Source: Gammaproteobacteria bacterium (GTDB lineage Bacteria > Pseudomonadota > Gammaproteobacteria > Eutrophobiales > Eutrophobiaceae). Taken from it: DNA of 64,000 bases. A model generated the notes under the pieces. The model had not been told where the DNA came from and did no database searches. It saw only the letters and a program-made list of their open reading frames with translations. Location: the NCBI GenBank assembly GCA_965238225.1, contig OZ250183.1:800001-864000 (forward strand), read 5' to 3'. Positions 10,116 through 20,050 of the stretch are shown here, piece by piece (position 1 is the first letter of the stretch; each line of letters starts with the position of its first letter). Both the position numbers and the translations under genes were made by a program.

Positions 10116-13100
10116 TTAGGCAGTTTGCCATGTTTCAGTCAATACTGTTTCCAAGCTATCAGCAACATCTTGTGCTATGACATTACCTGCACCAAGTGGT
10201 ACATCATAAGCTGCCATGGCATTGACTAATTTGTAGACATCATCTCGTAGTAACTCTGATGAATCAGTTGTGATGCTGTCCAGCTTGTAGTCATTAATCT
10301 CCTCTTGTATGGGGAAGAACCATAAAAAGGTTGGTACAGTTTTCGTTTCGTACCAACCGATCACTGTCGCTTGATCATCGGTTCCAGCGACGGTGATTAG
10401 TAAGTCTTTATCACTACGACTAAACCACAAGTCTTCTACTGATACATTGTCAAATTGTAATATATCATTACTCGTTGAGTAGTCCGTATCATAATTATTA
10501 ATGCTTGTATTACCGTCACCTGAAAAAAACAGATAAGTATCGTTACCGGCACCTCCGTACAGAGTATCGTCACCTGTACCACCACTTAGTACATCATCGC
10601 CGTTTTGTCCGTACAGGGTATCGTCACCGTCACCGCCGTCTAAGATATCATTATAGTCACCGCCGTATAGTGTATCTGTGCCGCTTTGTCCGTACAGGGT
10701 ATCGTTACCCACATCACCACTTAAAGTATCGTCACCATTACCGCCATATAAGTAATCACGACCGTTGCCGCCGTTTAAGGTATCGTTACCGTCACCGCCG
10801 TCTAAGATATCGCTATGGTCACCGCCGTTTAAGGTATCTGTACCGTTTTGTCCGTACAGGGTATCGTAACCGTCACCACCACTTAGTACATCATCGCCGT
10901 TTTGTCCATACAGGGTATCGTCACCGTTATCGCCGTTTAAGTTATCGTTATCGTTACCACCGTCTAAGATATCGTTATGGTCACCGCCGTATAGGGTATC
11001 TGTACCGTTTTGTCCGTACAGGGTATCGTAACCTGCACCACCACTTAGTACATCATCGCCGTTTTCTCCGTACAGGGTATCGTTATCGTTACCGCCGTAT
11101 AGTGTATCATTGCCGTTTTGTCCAACCAAGATATCGTTACCGTCACCACCGTCTAAGATATCGTTATGGTCACCGCCGTATAGGGTATCTGTACCGTTTT
11201 GTCCGTACAGGGTATCGTAACCTGCACCACCACTTAGTACATCATCGCCGTTTTGTCCGTACAGGGTATCGTCACCGTTATCGCCGTTTAAGTTATCGTT
11301 ATCGTTACCACCGTCTAAGATATCGTTATGGTCACCGCCGTATAGTGTATCTGTGCCGTTTTGTCCGTACAGGGTATCGTAACCTGTACCACCACTTAGT
11401 ACATCATCACCGTTTTGTCCATATAAGTAATCGGTATCGGCACCTCCGTACAAATAATCGTCACCGTCACCGCCGTCTAAGGTATCGTTATGGTCACCGC
11501 CGTATAGGGTATCTGTACCGTTTTGTCCGTACAGGGTATCGTAACCTGCACCACCACTTAGTACATCATCGCCGTTTTGTCCATACAGGGTATCGTCACC
11601 GTTATCGCCGTTTAAGTTATCGTTATCGTTACCACCGTCTAAGATATCGTTATGGTCACCGCCGTATAGGGTATCATCGCCGTTTTGTCCGTACAGGGTA
11701 TCGTAACCTGCACCACCACTTAGTACATCATCGCCGTTTTGTCCGTACAGGGTATCGTCACCGTTATCGCCGTTTAAGTTATCGTTATCGTTACCACCGT
11801 CTAAGATATCGTTATGGTCACCGCCGTATAGGGCATCATCGCCGTTTTGTCCGTACAGCTTATCATGACCGTCAGTACCGTATAAGGCATCGTCACCGTC
11901 CTGTCCATACAGGGTATCATCACCTGTACCACCGTTTAAGATATCATTACCATCATCTCCAGACAAGGTATCGTGACCGTCATGTCCAGACAAGGTATCG
12001 TCACCTGTACCTCCAGACAAGATATCGTTACCATTGTTTCCATTCAAGATGTCGTTACCAGCACCTCCAGACAAGTAATCATGACCATAACTGCCTTCAA
12101 GCACATCATCGCCGTTTTGTCCATACAGCTTATCATGACCGTCAGCACCGTATACGGGGTGGTATAAGGGATCATCATCGTAGTGACCGCCACTACCGTA
12201 CAGGATATCGTTACCATCACCCCCATACAAGATATCGCTACCGCTATAGCCTCTCAATATATCGTTATTACTAGAACCATTGATGATGTCATCTCCATGA
12301 CCGCTTGTTGCCAATACGTTGGCATCTATATATGCCTTTGTCCATACAGTACCATCAGCAAACTCAGTTTGGTCTATTTGGAACCTTTGGAAAAGGTAGG
12401 AATTTTCATAATAGGGAAAGTAATTTTGAATCGTTATAGTTTTTGTCGTGTTATTATCATCACTTACTTGTAATAGAAGATGATTATATGCGCGAAATAT
12501 TTGAACATCCGTGGCGGCAATACCTTCTCCAAATTTCAAGATATCTGTGCTGCTGCCTAGGACACCGTCAGAGCCTACATCGGCATTATAAATAGTTGTA
12601 TTACCGTCACCTCGAAAAAATAAATAAGTATCGTCACCGTGGTTTCCTTGCATGTAGTTTGTACCTTTGCCGCCGCTAAAGATATCGTTACCGCGACCTC
12701 CATACAGGGTATCGTTACCATCACCGCCATTCAAGACATCGTTGCCATTACCGCCGTATAGGGTATCGTTACCGCTACCGCCATTTAAGGTATCGTCACC
12801 GGTATCTCCAGACAAGATATCGTTACCGTCACCGCCGTACAGGGTATCGTTATGGTCATTTCCAACCAAGGTATCGTTACCGCCACCGCCGTACAGGGTA
12901 TCGTTACCCCCACGACCTTCCAATCGATCATGACCACCAAGACCTTCTAATCGATCACTACCATCACCACCATTGATAGTGTTATCATTTTCATCGCCCA
13001 CAAACAATAAAGTGGTATCTATCTGCGTTGTTGTCCATACAGCACCATCAGCAAACTTAACTTGGTCTAATTGGTAAGCATTGTTTAGGAAGTGATTTTG

Positions 13101-14174
13101 AATCGTTATAGTTTCTGTTGTGTTATCAGCGCCACTTACTTGTAGTAGAAGATTATTATCTACACGAGTTGTTTGAACATCTGTGGTAGCAATGCCTTGT
13201 CCAAGTTGCAAGGTATCTGTGCTATTGCTTGTATCAAGGTTATGAATGCTTGTATTGCCATCACCTTTGGAAAACAGATAAGTATCGTCGCCGTTACCGC
13301 CAACTAAGACATCTGTACCAGAACCTCCATACAGGGTATCGTTACCGTCACCGCCATTTAAGGTATCCGTACCAGAACCTCCGTACAGGGTATCGTTACC
13401 GTCACCGCCATTTAAGGTATCGTTACCAGCAAGACCTTCCAGTAGATCATTACCATTGCTACCATTGAGAGTGTTGTCGTTCTCATTACCTCTTGACGAG
13501 GTTGTTGGTAATGTCCATACAGCACCATCAGCAAACTTAACTTGGTCTAATTGGTTATCATCATTTAGGAAGTGATCTATAATCGTTATAGTTTCTGTCG
13601 TGTTATCAGCGCCACTTACTTGTAGTAGAAGATTATTATCTACATGAATTACTCTAATATCTGTGGTAGCAATACCTTGTCCAAATTGTAAGGTATCCGT
13701 GCTTACGCTTGTATCGAGATTATGAATGCTTGTATCACCGTCACCTCGAAAAAACAGATAAGTATCGTTACCGCTACCGCCACTTAAGGTGTCTGTACCT
13801 GTACCGCCGCTTAAAATGTCGTCACCGGCATTTCCATACAGGGTATCGTCACCGTCATGTCCATACAAGGTATCGTCACCGGCATTTCCAGACAAGATAT
13901 CGTCACCGCCACTGCCAGACAACCTATCGCCACCGTCACCGCCAGACAAGGTATCGTCACCGTTACCTCCGTCTAAGTTATCGTTACCCGTACCTCCCCA
14001 TAAGGTATCGTCACCAGAATCTCCATGCAAGATATCGCTACCAGCACCGCCTTTAAGCGTATCATCGCCGCCTTGTCCGTGCAGGTTATCCCTACCACCA
14101 CGACCTTCCAGTAGATCATCACCACCACCACCAAGGAGGGAGTTATTGTTATCATCACCTATATAAGTAGCCAT
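10116..14174 (-). CDS. RTX calcium-binding repeat protein, paralog A (1352 aa), likely T1SS substrate
   Basis: Intact ORF with GGAG RBS, many GGxGxDxLx nonamers, three HCBP-type spacer domains (…QVKFADGAVW) and a CyaA-like C-terminal region. Confidence 0.93.
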   Translation of the reverse strand: MATYIGDDNNNSLLGGGGDDLLEGRGGRDNLHGQGGDDTLKGGAGSDILHGDSGDDTLWGGTGNDNLDGGNGDDTLSGGDGGDRLSGSGGDDILSGNAGDDTLYGHDGDDTLYGNAGDDILSGGTGTDTLSGGSGNDTYLFFRGDGDTSIHNLDTSVSTDTLQFGQGIATTDIRVIHVDNNLLLQVSGADNTTETITIIDHFLNDDNQLDQVKFADGAVWTLPTTSSRGNENDNTLNGSNGNDLLEGLAGNDTLNGGDGNDTLYGGSGTDTLNGGDGNDTLYGGSGTDVLVGGNGDDTYLFSKGDGNTSIHNLDTSNSTDTLQLGQGIATTDVQTTRVDNNLLLQVSGADNTTETITIQNHFLNNAYQLDQVKFADGAVWTTTQIDTTLLFVGDENDNTINGGDGSDRLEGLGGHDRLEGRGGNDTLYGGGGNDTLVGNDHNDTLYGGDGNDILSGDTGDDTLNGGSGNDTLYGGNGNDVLNGGDGNDTLYGGRGNDIFSGGKGTNYMQGNHGDDTYLFFRGDGNTTIYNADVGSDGVLGSSTDILKFGEGIAATDVQIFRAYNHLLLQVSDDNNTTKTITIQNYFPYYENSYLFQRFQIDQTEFADGTVWTKAYIDANVLATSGHGDDIINGSSNNDILRGYSGSDILYGGDGNDILYGSGGHYDDDPLYHPVYGADGHDKLYGQNGDDVLEGSYGHDYLSGGAGNDILNGNNGNDILSGGTGDDTLSGHDGHDTLSGDDGNDILNGGTGDDTLYGQDGDDALYGTDGHDKLYGQNGDDALYGGDHNDILDGGNDNDNLNGDNGDDTLYGQNGDDVLSGGAGYDTLYGQNGDDTLYGGDHNDILDGGNDNDNLNGDNGDDTLYGQNGDDVLSGGAGYDTLYGQNGTDTLYGGDHNDTLDGGDGDDYLYGGADTDYLYGQNGDDVLSGGTGYDTLYGQNGTDTLYGGDHNDILDGGNDNDNLNGDNGDDTLYGQNGDDVLSGGAGYDTLYGQNGTDTLYGGDHNDILDGGDGNDILVGQNGNDTLYGGNDNDTLYGENGDDVLSGGAGYDTLYGQNGTDTLYGGDHNDILDGGNDNDNLNGDNGDDTLYGQNGDDVLSGGDGYDTLYGQNGTDTLNGGDHSDILDGGDGNDTLNGGNGRDYLYGGNGDDTLSGDVGNDTLYGQSGTDTLYGGDYNDILDGGDGDDTLYGQNGDDVLSGGTGDDTLYGGAGNDTYLFFSGDGNTSINNYDTDYSTSNDILQFDNVSVEDLWFSRSDKDLLITVAGTDDQATVIGWYETKTVPTFLWFFPIQEEINDYKLDSITTDSSELLRDDVYKLVNAMAAYDVPLGAGNVIAQDVADSLETVLTETWQTA

Positions 14175-14963
14175 AAATTAATTCTCCAGTATTACACGTT
14201 AATAATAAATTACTTTTCAAGCCCAATATTCTTTAAGCACTGCTTTTTCTTAAACCTTAAACTTTCCCTTAAACCTTCCTACCGTCGTACATGCAAGCAT
14301 TCAATGGTTAGTCGATATGGTTAGTCGATATGATTAGCCGATATCTTGTTTGCATCTTTGTTGTCAAAAAGGTATTTAAAAATAAATCCTGTCAATGTTT
14401 TGCGTATTTATCTGTATTTAAAGCTATATCCTTTAATGTACAACTTTTGCTATCACTAAATTGTGAGCCCAAAGAAGATACCCTAAAAAAACGTTATACG
14501 AAAGTGGCAAATACATTAAATGTTGATTTAGCCTTAGATACATAACATGCCTTATACAGGCATTACACTCCCTAACATTGGGGTATGACCAAAGATTGGT
14601 GAAAAAGTTCCACACCAGTTTGATTTAGATTATGTTAAATCTAATTTATAAGGCGAAAGCTATATTTTATCGGTATTGTGTGAGGGTATTATGTTAAGTA
14701 TTTTTGACCACAGACGGTCTGGTTTCGCAGCACAGGGGCGCGAGAACGACTGTGACCAAGTTTACGGATGACCTTTAAGGTGTGTATTTAAGTCTGTAAA
14801 TCTGTACGGTCAAAGATTTGCACATTTTAAAATTCCGCACCAGTTTGATTTAGATTATTATAGATGCCCATTAAATTCTTTAAGAGACCGCAACTAAAAC
14901 TGCATAACTGTTTATTACAAATCCTTTAACGACAGTATCATTAAAGATATTAACATTATCATT

Positions 14964-15569
14964 TTAGTTTGCGCCTAACTTATCTTCTTTGCCGTCCAGC
15001 AAGCTTTTGATGTTTGCGCTGTGGCGCCAGAATAATAATATTGCCATGAGCGTATTGCTCATGATGATCCAACTGTTGCCATCCCCCTGCGAGAACATTA
15101 ATAAGGCGGTATAGATGGGCGCTGTGGCGGCGGCTATTAGGCTTGCCAAGGATGAATAGCGGAATATAAATGCTATGACAAGCCAAGTGCCCACGAATGC
15201 TAGGCCAAGCATCCAGCAGGTTCCAAATAAAATACCGCCCAGTGTGGCGACGCCCTTGCCGCCTTGGAAATTAAAGAAGATGGGAAACAGGTGCCCGATA
15301 AAGGCGGCAAGGCCAAGGCCTGCGAGTATGATGCTCGGCGCATTTAGTATATGACCAATAAGAACGGCAATAACGCCTTTAAGCACATCTCCTACAAGCA
15401 CCGAGATGGCGGCTTTCCCCCCGTGTAGGCGCAAGACATTAGTAGCACCAGGATTATTTGAACCCCGAGCACGGGGGTCTTCCAACTGCGTCAGCTTACA
15501 AACGACCACGGCAGAGGATACCGAACCGAGCAAATAGGCAAGCACAATCAGTGAAATATATATTACCAT
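14964..15569 (-). CDS. plsY: Glycerol-3-phosphate 1-O-acyltransferase
   Basis: YLLGS, GSNNPGATNVLR, GHLFPIF..FQGGKGVAT motifs; divergent from folB. Confidence 0.96.
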   Translation of the reverse strand: MVIYISLIVLAYLLGSVSSAVVVCKLTQLEDPRARGSNNPGATNVLRLHGGKAAISVLVGDVLKGVIAVLIGHILNAPSIILAGLGLAAFIGHLFPIFFNFQGGKGVATLGGILFGTCWMLGLAFVGTWLVIAFIFRYSSLASLIAAATAPIYTALLMFSQGDGNSWIIMSNTLMAILLFWRHSANIKSLLDGKEDKLGAN

Positions 15570-15654
15570 AGAGATATTGAAATCTGTCTTGCTTGATAGG
15601 TCAAGCGGGTATCAGTTTAAGCATTATCGCATTTGCAATGAAATAGACAAAAAC

Positions 15655-16011
15655 ATGGATATTCTTTATATAAACGACCTTCGTATCGAAACCATTATTG
15701 GTATTTATGGCTGGGAGCGTAAAACCAAACAAACCGTGGTGCTGGATATTGAAATGGGCACGGATATTCACAAGGCATCAGTAGGTGGAAATATTGAAGA
15801 CATGCTCAATTATAAAGCTGTCGCCGAGCGCTTGTTTGAGTTTGTTGGGGGCAGTGATTTTGAGTTGATAGAAACGTTGACCGAGCAGATTTCAGATATC
15901 TTACTGAATGAGTTTAATGTTCCGTGGCTGCGATTAAAATTGAATAAACAGGGCGCTTTGAAAGGTGTGCGTGAGGTAGGCATTATTATTGAAAGAGGTC
16001 AAAAGCAATAG
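15655..16011 (+). CDS. folB: Dihydroneopterin aldolase
   Basis: MDILYINDLRIETIIGIYGWE...LNY...LIETL...LNKQGA; start moved to ATG 15655. Confidence 0.95.
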   Translation: MDILYINDLRIETIIGIYGWERKTKQTVVLDIEMGTDIHKASVGGNIEDMLNYKAVAERLFEFVGGSDFELIETLTEQISDILLNEFNVPWLRLKLNKQGALKGVREVGIIIERGQKQ

Positions 16012-16027
16012 ATAATCAAACAATCCT

Positions 16028-16093
16028 ATGACCCATGTTTATGCTGGGTTAGGCAGTAAAGACAAACATCATCTTATACCAGTCATGCTTTAA
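16028..16093 (+). pseudogene. folK: 5' stub of HPPK (folK)
   Basis: MTHVYAGLGS matches the FolK N-terminus (xxVYxGLGSN) directly after folB, then degenerates and stops at codon 22. Confidence 0.65.
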
Positions 16094-16141
16094 ACTCGTA
16101 GCTGATTTTTTTATGTTGATTTATTTGCTCTTTTTAAGAAT

Positions 16142-16942
16142 CTACCAGAAAAGCATGCCTAAGCCAATGCAAAAAAGAACCACTGCAAAGATACGCCTTA
16201 AATAATCCACAGGCATGGAATGTGCGAGCCGCGCACCCACCGACGCAAACAATATGCTGGTGATAAGTATTAATATTGCAGCAGGCCAATGCACATAGCC
16301 TATATTGTTTTCCAAAAGAGATACAGCATCTTGCCCAGTAAAGATCATCATCAGTGTGCCCGTTAGAGCAATCGGGAAACCGCAGGCCGATGAACTTGCA
16401 ACCGCTTTGCGAATATCTATGTGGCAGTAGGTTAAAAATGGCACAGTCAAGGTTCCTCCGCCGATTCCAAGAATCGTTGACAATGTTCCTATACCTCCTC
16501 CTGCAATTAACATTCCATTGCGCCCAGGCAGCGATCTCTGCGCTGTCGGTTTAATTGAAAAGCCAATCTGACACGCGACCAATATTTCAAACAAACCAAA
16601 CAGCCTGCGCAGGAAATCACTAGACATATGATCAGTAAGAAATGCACCAAGCATTGCGCCAATGATGATACCTGGAGTTAAAAGGAAAACTTGAGACCAT
16701 AAAACAGCATGATGTTTATGGTGCGTATAACTTGAAGAGATTGAAGTAAAAATAATAGTGAATAAGGATGTTGCTACCGCAAGATGCATTAAAATCTCAG
16801 CAGGCAAACCTTGCCAAATGAATAGCAATAAAAGTGACGGAACAATTAAAATTCCTCCACCTAATCCAAGCAAACCTGCAAGCATCCCTGACATAACGCC
16901 AAGCACGAGATAAGCAGACCAGAGTAATAACTCAGTTGGCAT
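16142..16942 (-). CDS. TauE/SafE (TSUP) family transporter
   Basis: Two GLGGG/GIGGG..VP repeats, AVATSL, multiple TM helices. Confidence 0.9.
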   Translation of the reverse strand: MPTELLLWSAYLVLGVMSGMLAGLLGLGGGILIVPSLLLLFIWQGLPAEILMHLAVATSLFTIIFTSISSSYTHHKHHAVLWSQVFLLTPGIIIGAMLGAFLTDHMSSDFLRRLFGLFEILVACQIGFSIKPTAQRSLPGRNGMLIAGGGIGTLSTILGIGGGTLTVPFLTYCHIDIRKAVASSSACGFPIALTGTLMMIFTGQDAVSLLENNIGYVHWPAAILILITSILFASVGARLAHSMPVDYLRRIFAVVLFCIGLGMLFW

Positions 16943-17175
16943 CGTTTTCTATTTGCTTTTGCGTAGCCATGCATGCCATTATGGCATAGCTCAGAGCGCA
17001 CACATAGAATGAGCGCCATCTATCCTTAAGAATTTTAAGGGAATCGCGTAACCTTTAAACTGTACTGCATTCTATATTTATTGCTCAAGCTTTACTTTAA
17101 AATCATAGAAAACAGGATTTCTGGTGATAAATTTGAGTCACGGATGGCTCGTGTAAAGTGCCTTAATAAATTATA

Positions 17176-18405
17176 ATGACCGCAATGGAAATATATCTTG
17201 TGGGTGGTGCCGTACGTGACAAGCTGCTTGGGAAACCAAGCGCGGATCATGATTGGGTTGTCGTTGGCAGCACACCAAAGGAAATGGAAGATCAAAAATT
17301 CAAAGCAGTTGGCAAAGATTTTCCTGTGTTTTTGCACCCTGAGACAAAAGAAGAATATGCGCTTGCGCGCACTGAAAGAAAATCCGGGAAAGGATATAAG
17401 GGTTTCACTTTCCATACGTCAAAAGATATCACCTTGGAAGAAGATTTAGCCAGACGTGACCTAAGCATCAATGCCATTGCCATAGATCACGCAGGCAAAC
17501 TTATAGATCCTTTTAACGGCAAACAGGATATTGAAGATAAGATTCTGCGACATGTATCGCCTGCATTTGTGGAGGATCCCTTGCGTGTGCTCAGGGTTGC
17601 TCGATTTACTGCACGGCTTGGTTTTCGCATTGCGCCTGAGACCATGGCACTCATGAATGAGATTTCAAAATCAGGTGAACTCAAAGCATTAGTCCCTGAG
17701 AGAGTTTGGAATGAACTGGAACGAGCCATGGGAGAACCTTACCCATCACGTTTTATTTTGGTGCTACGAGCTTGTCACGCCTTGGGTATTCTTTTTCCAG
17801 AAATTGAACAGTTGTTTGGCGTCCCACAGCCAGAAAAATATCATCCAGAGATCGACACAGGCATTCATACTTTAATGTCGCTCAATCAGGCCGCACGCCT
17901 TAGTCAGGATCCGCAGATTCGCTTCGCTACTTTAGTTCATGATTTGGGGAAAGGAACTACACACAAAGATAAATTACCTAGCCATCATGGTCATGAAGAA
18001 CGTGGTGTTAAACTTATTGAAGCGCTTTGTAAACGTTACAGAGCACCTAAGCAGTATAAAGAATTGGCGAGTCAGGTTTCAAGATACCATCTATCATGCC
18101 ACCGTATCGAAGAAATGCATTCTGAAACAATCCTTAAAAAGCTGGAATCCATGGACGCCTTTCGAAGACCAGAACGCTTTAAGAAATTTCTACTTTGTTG
18201 TGAAGCTGATGCAAGAGGTCGTGCCAGTTTTGAAGACCGCGCCTACCCACAAGCCGATTATTTTAAAAAATATCTAGATGCCGCAAATGAAATCGATACT
18301 AAAAGTTTTAGGGAGGAAGGTCTTGAAGGCAAAGAAATGGCCGAAGCCATTAGAAATGAAAGAATAAGTTTGATAAACGCTGTATTGCAAACTATTGGCA
18401 GTTAA
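17176..18405 (+). CDS. cca: Multifunctional CCA-adding enzyme
   Basis: YLVGGAVRD, DHDWVV, RRDLSINA, EDPLRVLR, HD domain (VHDLGKG). Confidence 0.97.
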   Translation: MTAMEIYLVGGAVRDKLLGKPSADHDWVVVGSTPKEMEDQKFKAVGKDFPVFLHPETKEEYALARTERKSGKGYKGFTFHTSKDITLEEDLARRDLSINAIAIDHAGKLIDPFNGKQDIEDKILRHVSPAFVEDPLRVLRVARFTARLGFRIAPETMALMNEISKSGELKALVPERVWNELERAMGEPYPSRFILVLRACHALGILFPEIEQLFGVPQPEKYHPEIDTGIHTLMSLNQAARLSQDPQIRFATLVHDLGKGTTHKDKLPSHHGHEERGVKLIEALCKRYRAPKQYKELASQVSRYHLSCHRIEEMHSETILKKLESMDAFRRPERFKKFLLCCEADARGRASFEDRAYPQADYFKKYLDAANEIDTKSFREEGLEGKEMAEAIRNERISLINAVLQTIGS

Positions 18406-18511
18406 CAGTCACACCCCTCTGTATTTTCTTTTTAAGATAGAGTTTAACCTAACTTACCAGACTTGTCACAACTAGTAAACTTCCAAATGTATCCAAATGC
18501 TACTAATTTAA

Positions 18512-18967
18512 TCAGTTACATTTATTTGTATCTATAACGATATTCACAATATATTTTTGATTTTTCCCATAGTAAGCATAACTAACCGGAATATTATTTT
18601 CTACTATCAGCTTCATGTCAGGACTTGTGCATATGTAATTTCTAATTCTATCTTTATTGTTGTTTTTTAGAAGCTCAGGATCTATTTCTTCTTGTGCATA
18701 ATTTATCAACACGTAGTTATATTGAAACGTATTGCCATTAACTATGCTTACAGAAAATAATTTAGTGTCTTTATCTACCATTATTGGCAGGGTTTTATTA
18801 ATCTCGGCTGCTACTTCTTCTAATAATACAGTATTAACTTCTGACTCTTTGTGTACCAAAGAATTTACACTTTGCTTAACAAACGTGCCACCAATACTAA
18901 AACCAATGAGTATTGCTACACTCACCAGAATCAGAGTGAATATATTTTCACTTTCACCTTTACCCAT
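18512..18967 (-). CDS. Membrane-anchored protein, PA3611/AspS pilotin-like fold; start uncertain
   Basis: N-terminal TM, then EINKTLPIMVDKDT...ICTSPDM...YAYYGKN...KC with a two-Cys pattern. The extension to 19111 looks spurious. Confidence 0.55.
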   Translation of the reverse strand: MGKGESENIFTLILVSVAILIGFSIGGTFVKQSVNSLVHKESEVNTVLLEEVAAEINKTLPIMVDKDTKLFSVSIVNGNTFQYNYVLINYAQEEIDPELLKNNNKDRIRNYICTSPDMKLIVENNIPVSYAYYGKNQKYIVNIVIDTNKCN

Positions 18968-19174
18968 TCGTTGTTTTATAGATAATCTCTTCTGATAGTT
19001 ACATCTTCTTGCAATATTTCTGAGTTGTTTCCTTGCCATGTATTTTACGAAAATTTTGTACGACAGTGCATTGGAAGAAACCCTGTTGATAATGGTTTCA
19101 TAAGAAATCATTGTTATACAGATTAACAGCGATCTGACAACAGCAGACCGTTATAACAAAAGATCTAAGAACTC

Positions 19175-19972
19175 TCATAAAAACAGATAAAGCAACACAC
19201 TGCCCAATAATAAACGATAGACAACGTAAGGTAACATACCTGTTTTTTCAATGAATCTCAGAAATAGACTGATTGTCATTGACGCTGTAAGCCATGAAAC
19301 AACAAAAACTATAGCAAAGGATGTAACATTTGCTGTATCACCTTTTCTTAAAAATGAAAAAATTTCATAACTTCCAACAAGGAATATTACAGGGATAGAC
19401 AATAAGAATGAGAATCGTGCTGCTGCCTTTCTGTTAAGACCTAACATCAATCCTGCGGTCATGGTTACCCCGGATCTTGAGATGCCAGGAATCAATGCCA
19501 GAACCTGAGCAAGACCAACCCAGATAATATCTTTCAGGCACAATGTTTCATTACTCCGGTTTTGGTTGCCTTTATTATCAGCAAGCCAAAGCAAAAGCCC
19601 AAAGACAATTGTAGTAAACGCAATAATCAGGGGATTTCGAAAATATTCCAGGATAAAGTTGTGCCCTAAAAAACCGACCACTGAAACAGGAATCGTCGCA
19701 AAGACCAAATACCAGAACAGTTGAGCATTTCTATTATTATCATGCCATGGCACAGATTTAACACCATTGCCGATAATAATTCTTAAGTCTTTTCTGTAAT
19801 AGATAATGACTGCTAATAATGTGCCGAAATGCGCAGCAATATCCATGGCTAAACCTTGATCCTGCCACTTCGCAATTAACGGTAATAGGATTAAATGCGC
19901 CGAACTTGAAATCGGCAAAAATTCTGTCAATCCTTGCAGCAAGCCCAATAGGATGAAATGTAGGATATCCAA
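19175..19972 (-). CDS. uppP: Undecaprenyl-diphosphatase
   Basis: QGLTEFLPISSSAHL and PGISRSG motifs. Confidence 0.96.
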   Translation of the reverse strand: MDILHFILLGLLQGLTEFLPISSSAHLILLPLIAKWQDQGLAMDIAAHFGTLLAVIIYYRKDLRIIIGNGVKSVPWHDNNRNAQLFWYLVFATIPVSVVGFLGHNFILEYFRNPLIIAFTTIVFGLLLWLADNKGNQNRSNETLCLKDIIWVGLAQVLALIPGISRSGVTMTAGLMLGLNRKAAARFSFLLSIPVIFLVGSYEIFSFLRKGDTANVTSFAIVFVVSWLTASMTISLFLRFIEKTGMLPYVVYRLLLGSVLLYLFL

Positions 19973-20050
19973 TATTTAATCAGCGATATTATTTATAGAT
20001 AAAAAAAAGATTTTTAATTGTTTTATATGTCGTGTCATTATTTTCATATT

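Noticed and set aside
153-14166. Long plus-strand R/Y/H-rich and S/P-rich ORFs (e.g. 660-1634, 10505-12274)
   Set aside because: Antisense shadows of the RTX repeats; biased Gly/Asp/Asn codons leave those frames stop-free.
2522-14174. Diversity-generating retroelement acting on RTX repeats
   Set aside because: No reverse transcriptase in the window, and repeat differences are not adenine-specific.
19000-19040. MARKQLR as a RAYT/IS200 transposase start
   Set aside because: Too short, and no HUH motif follows.
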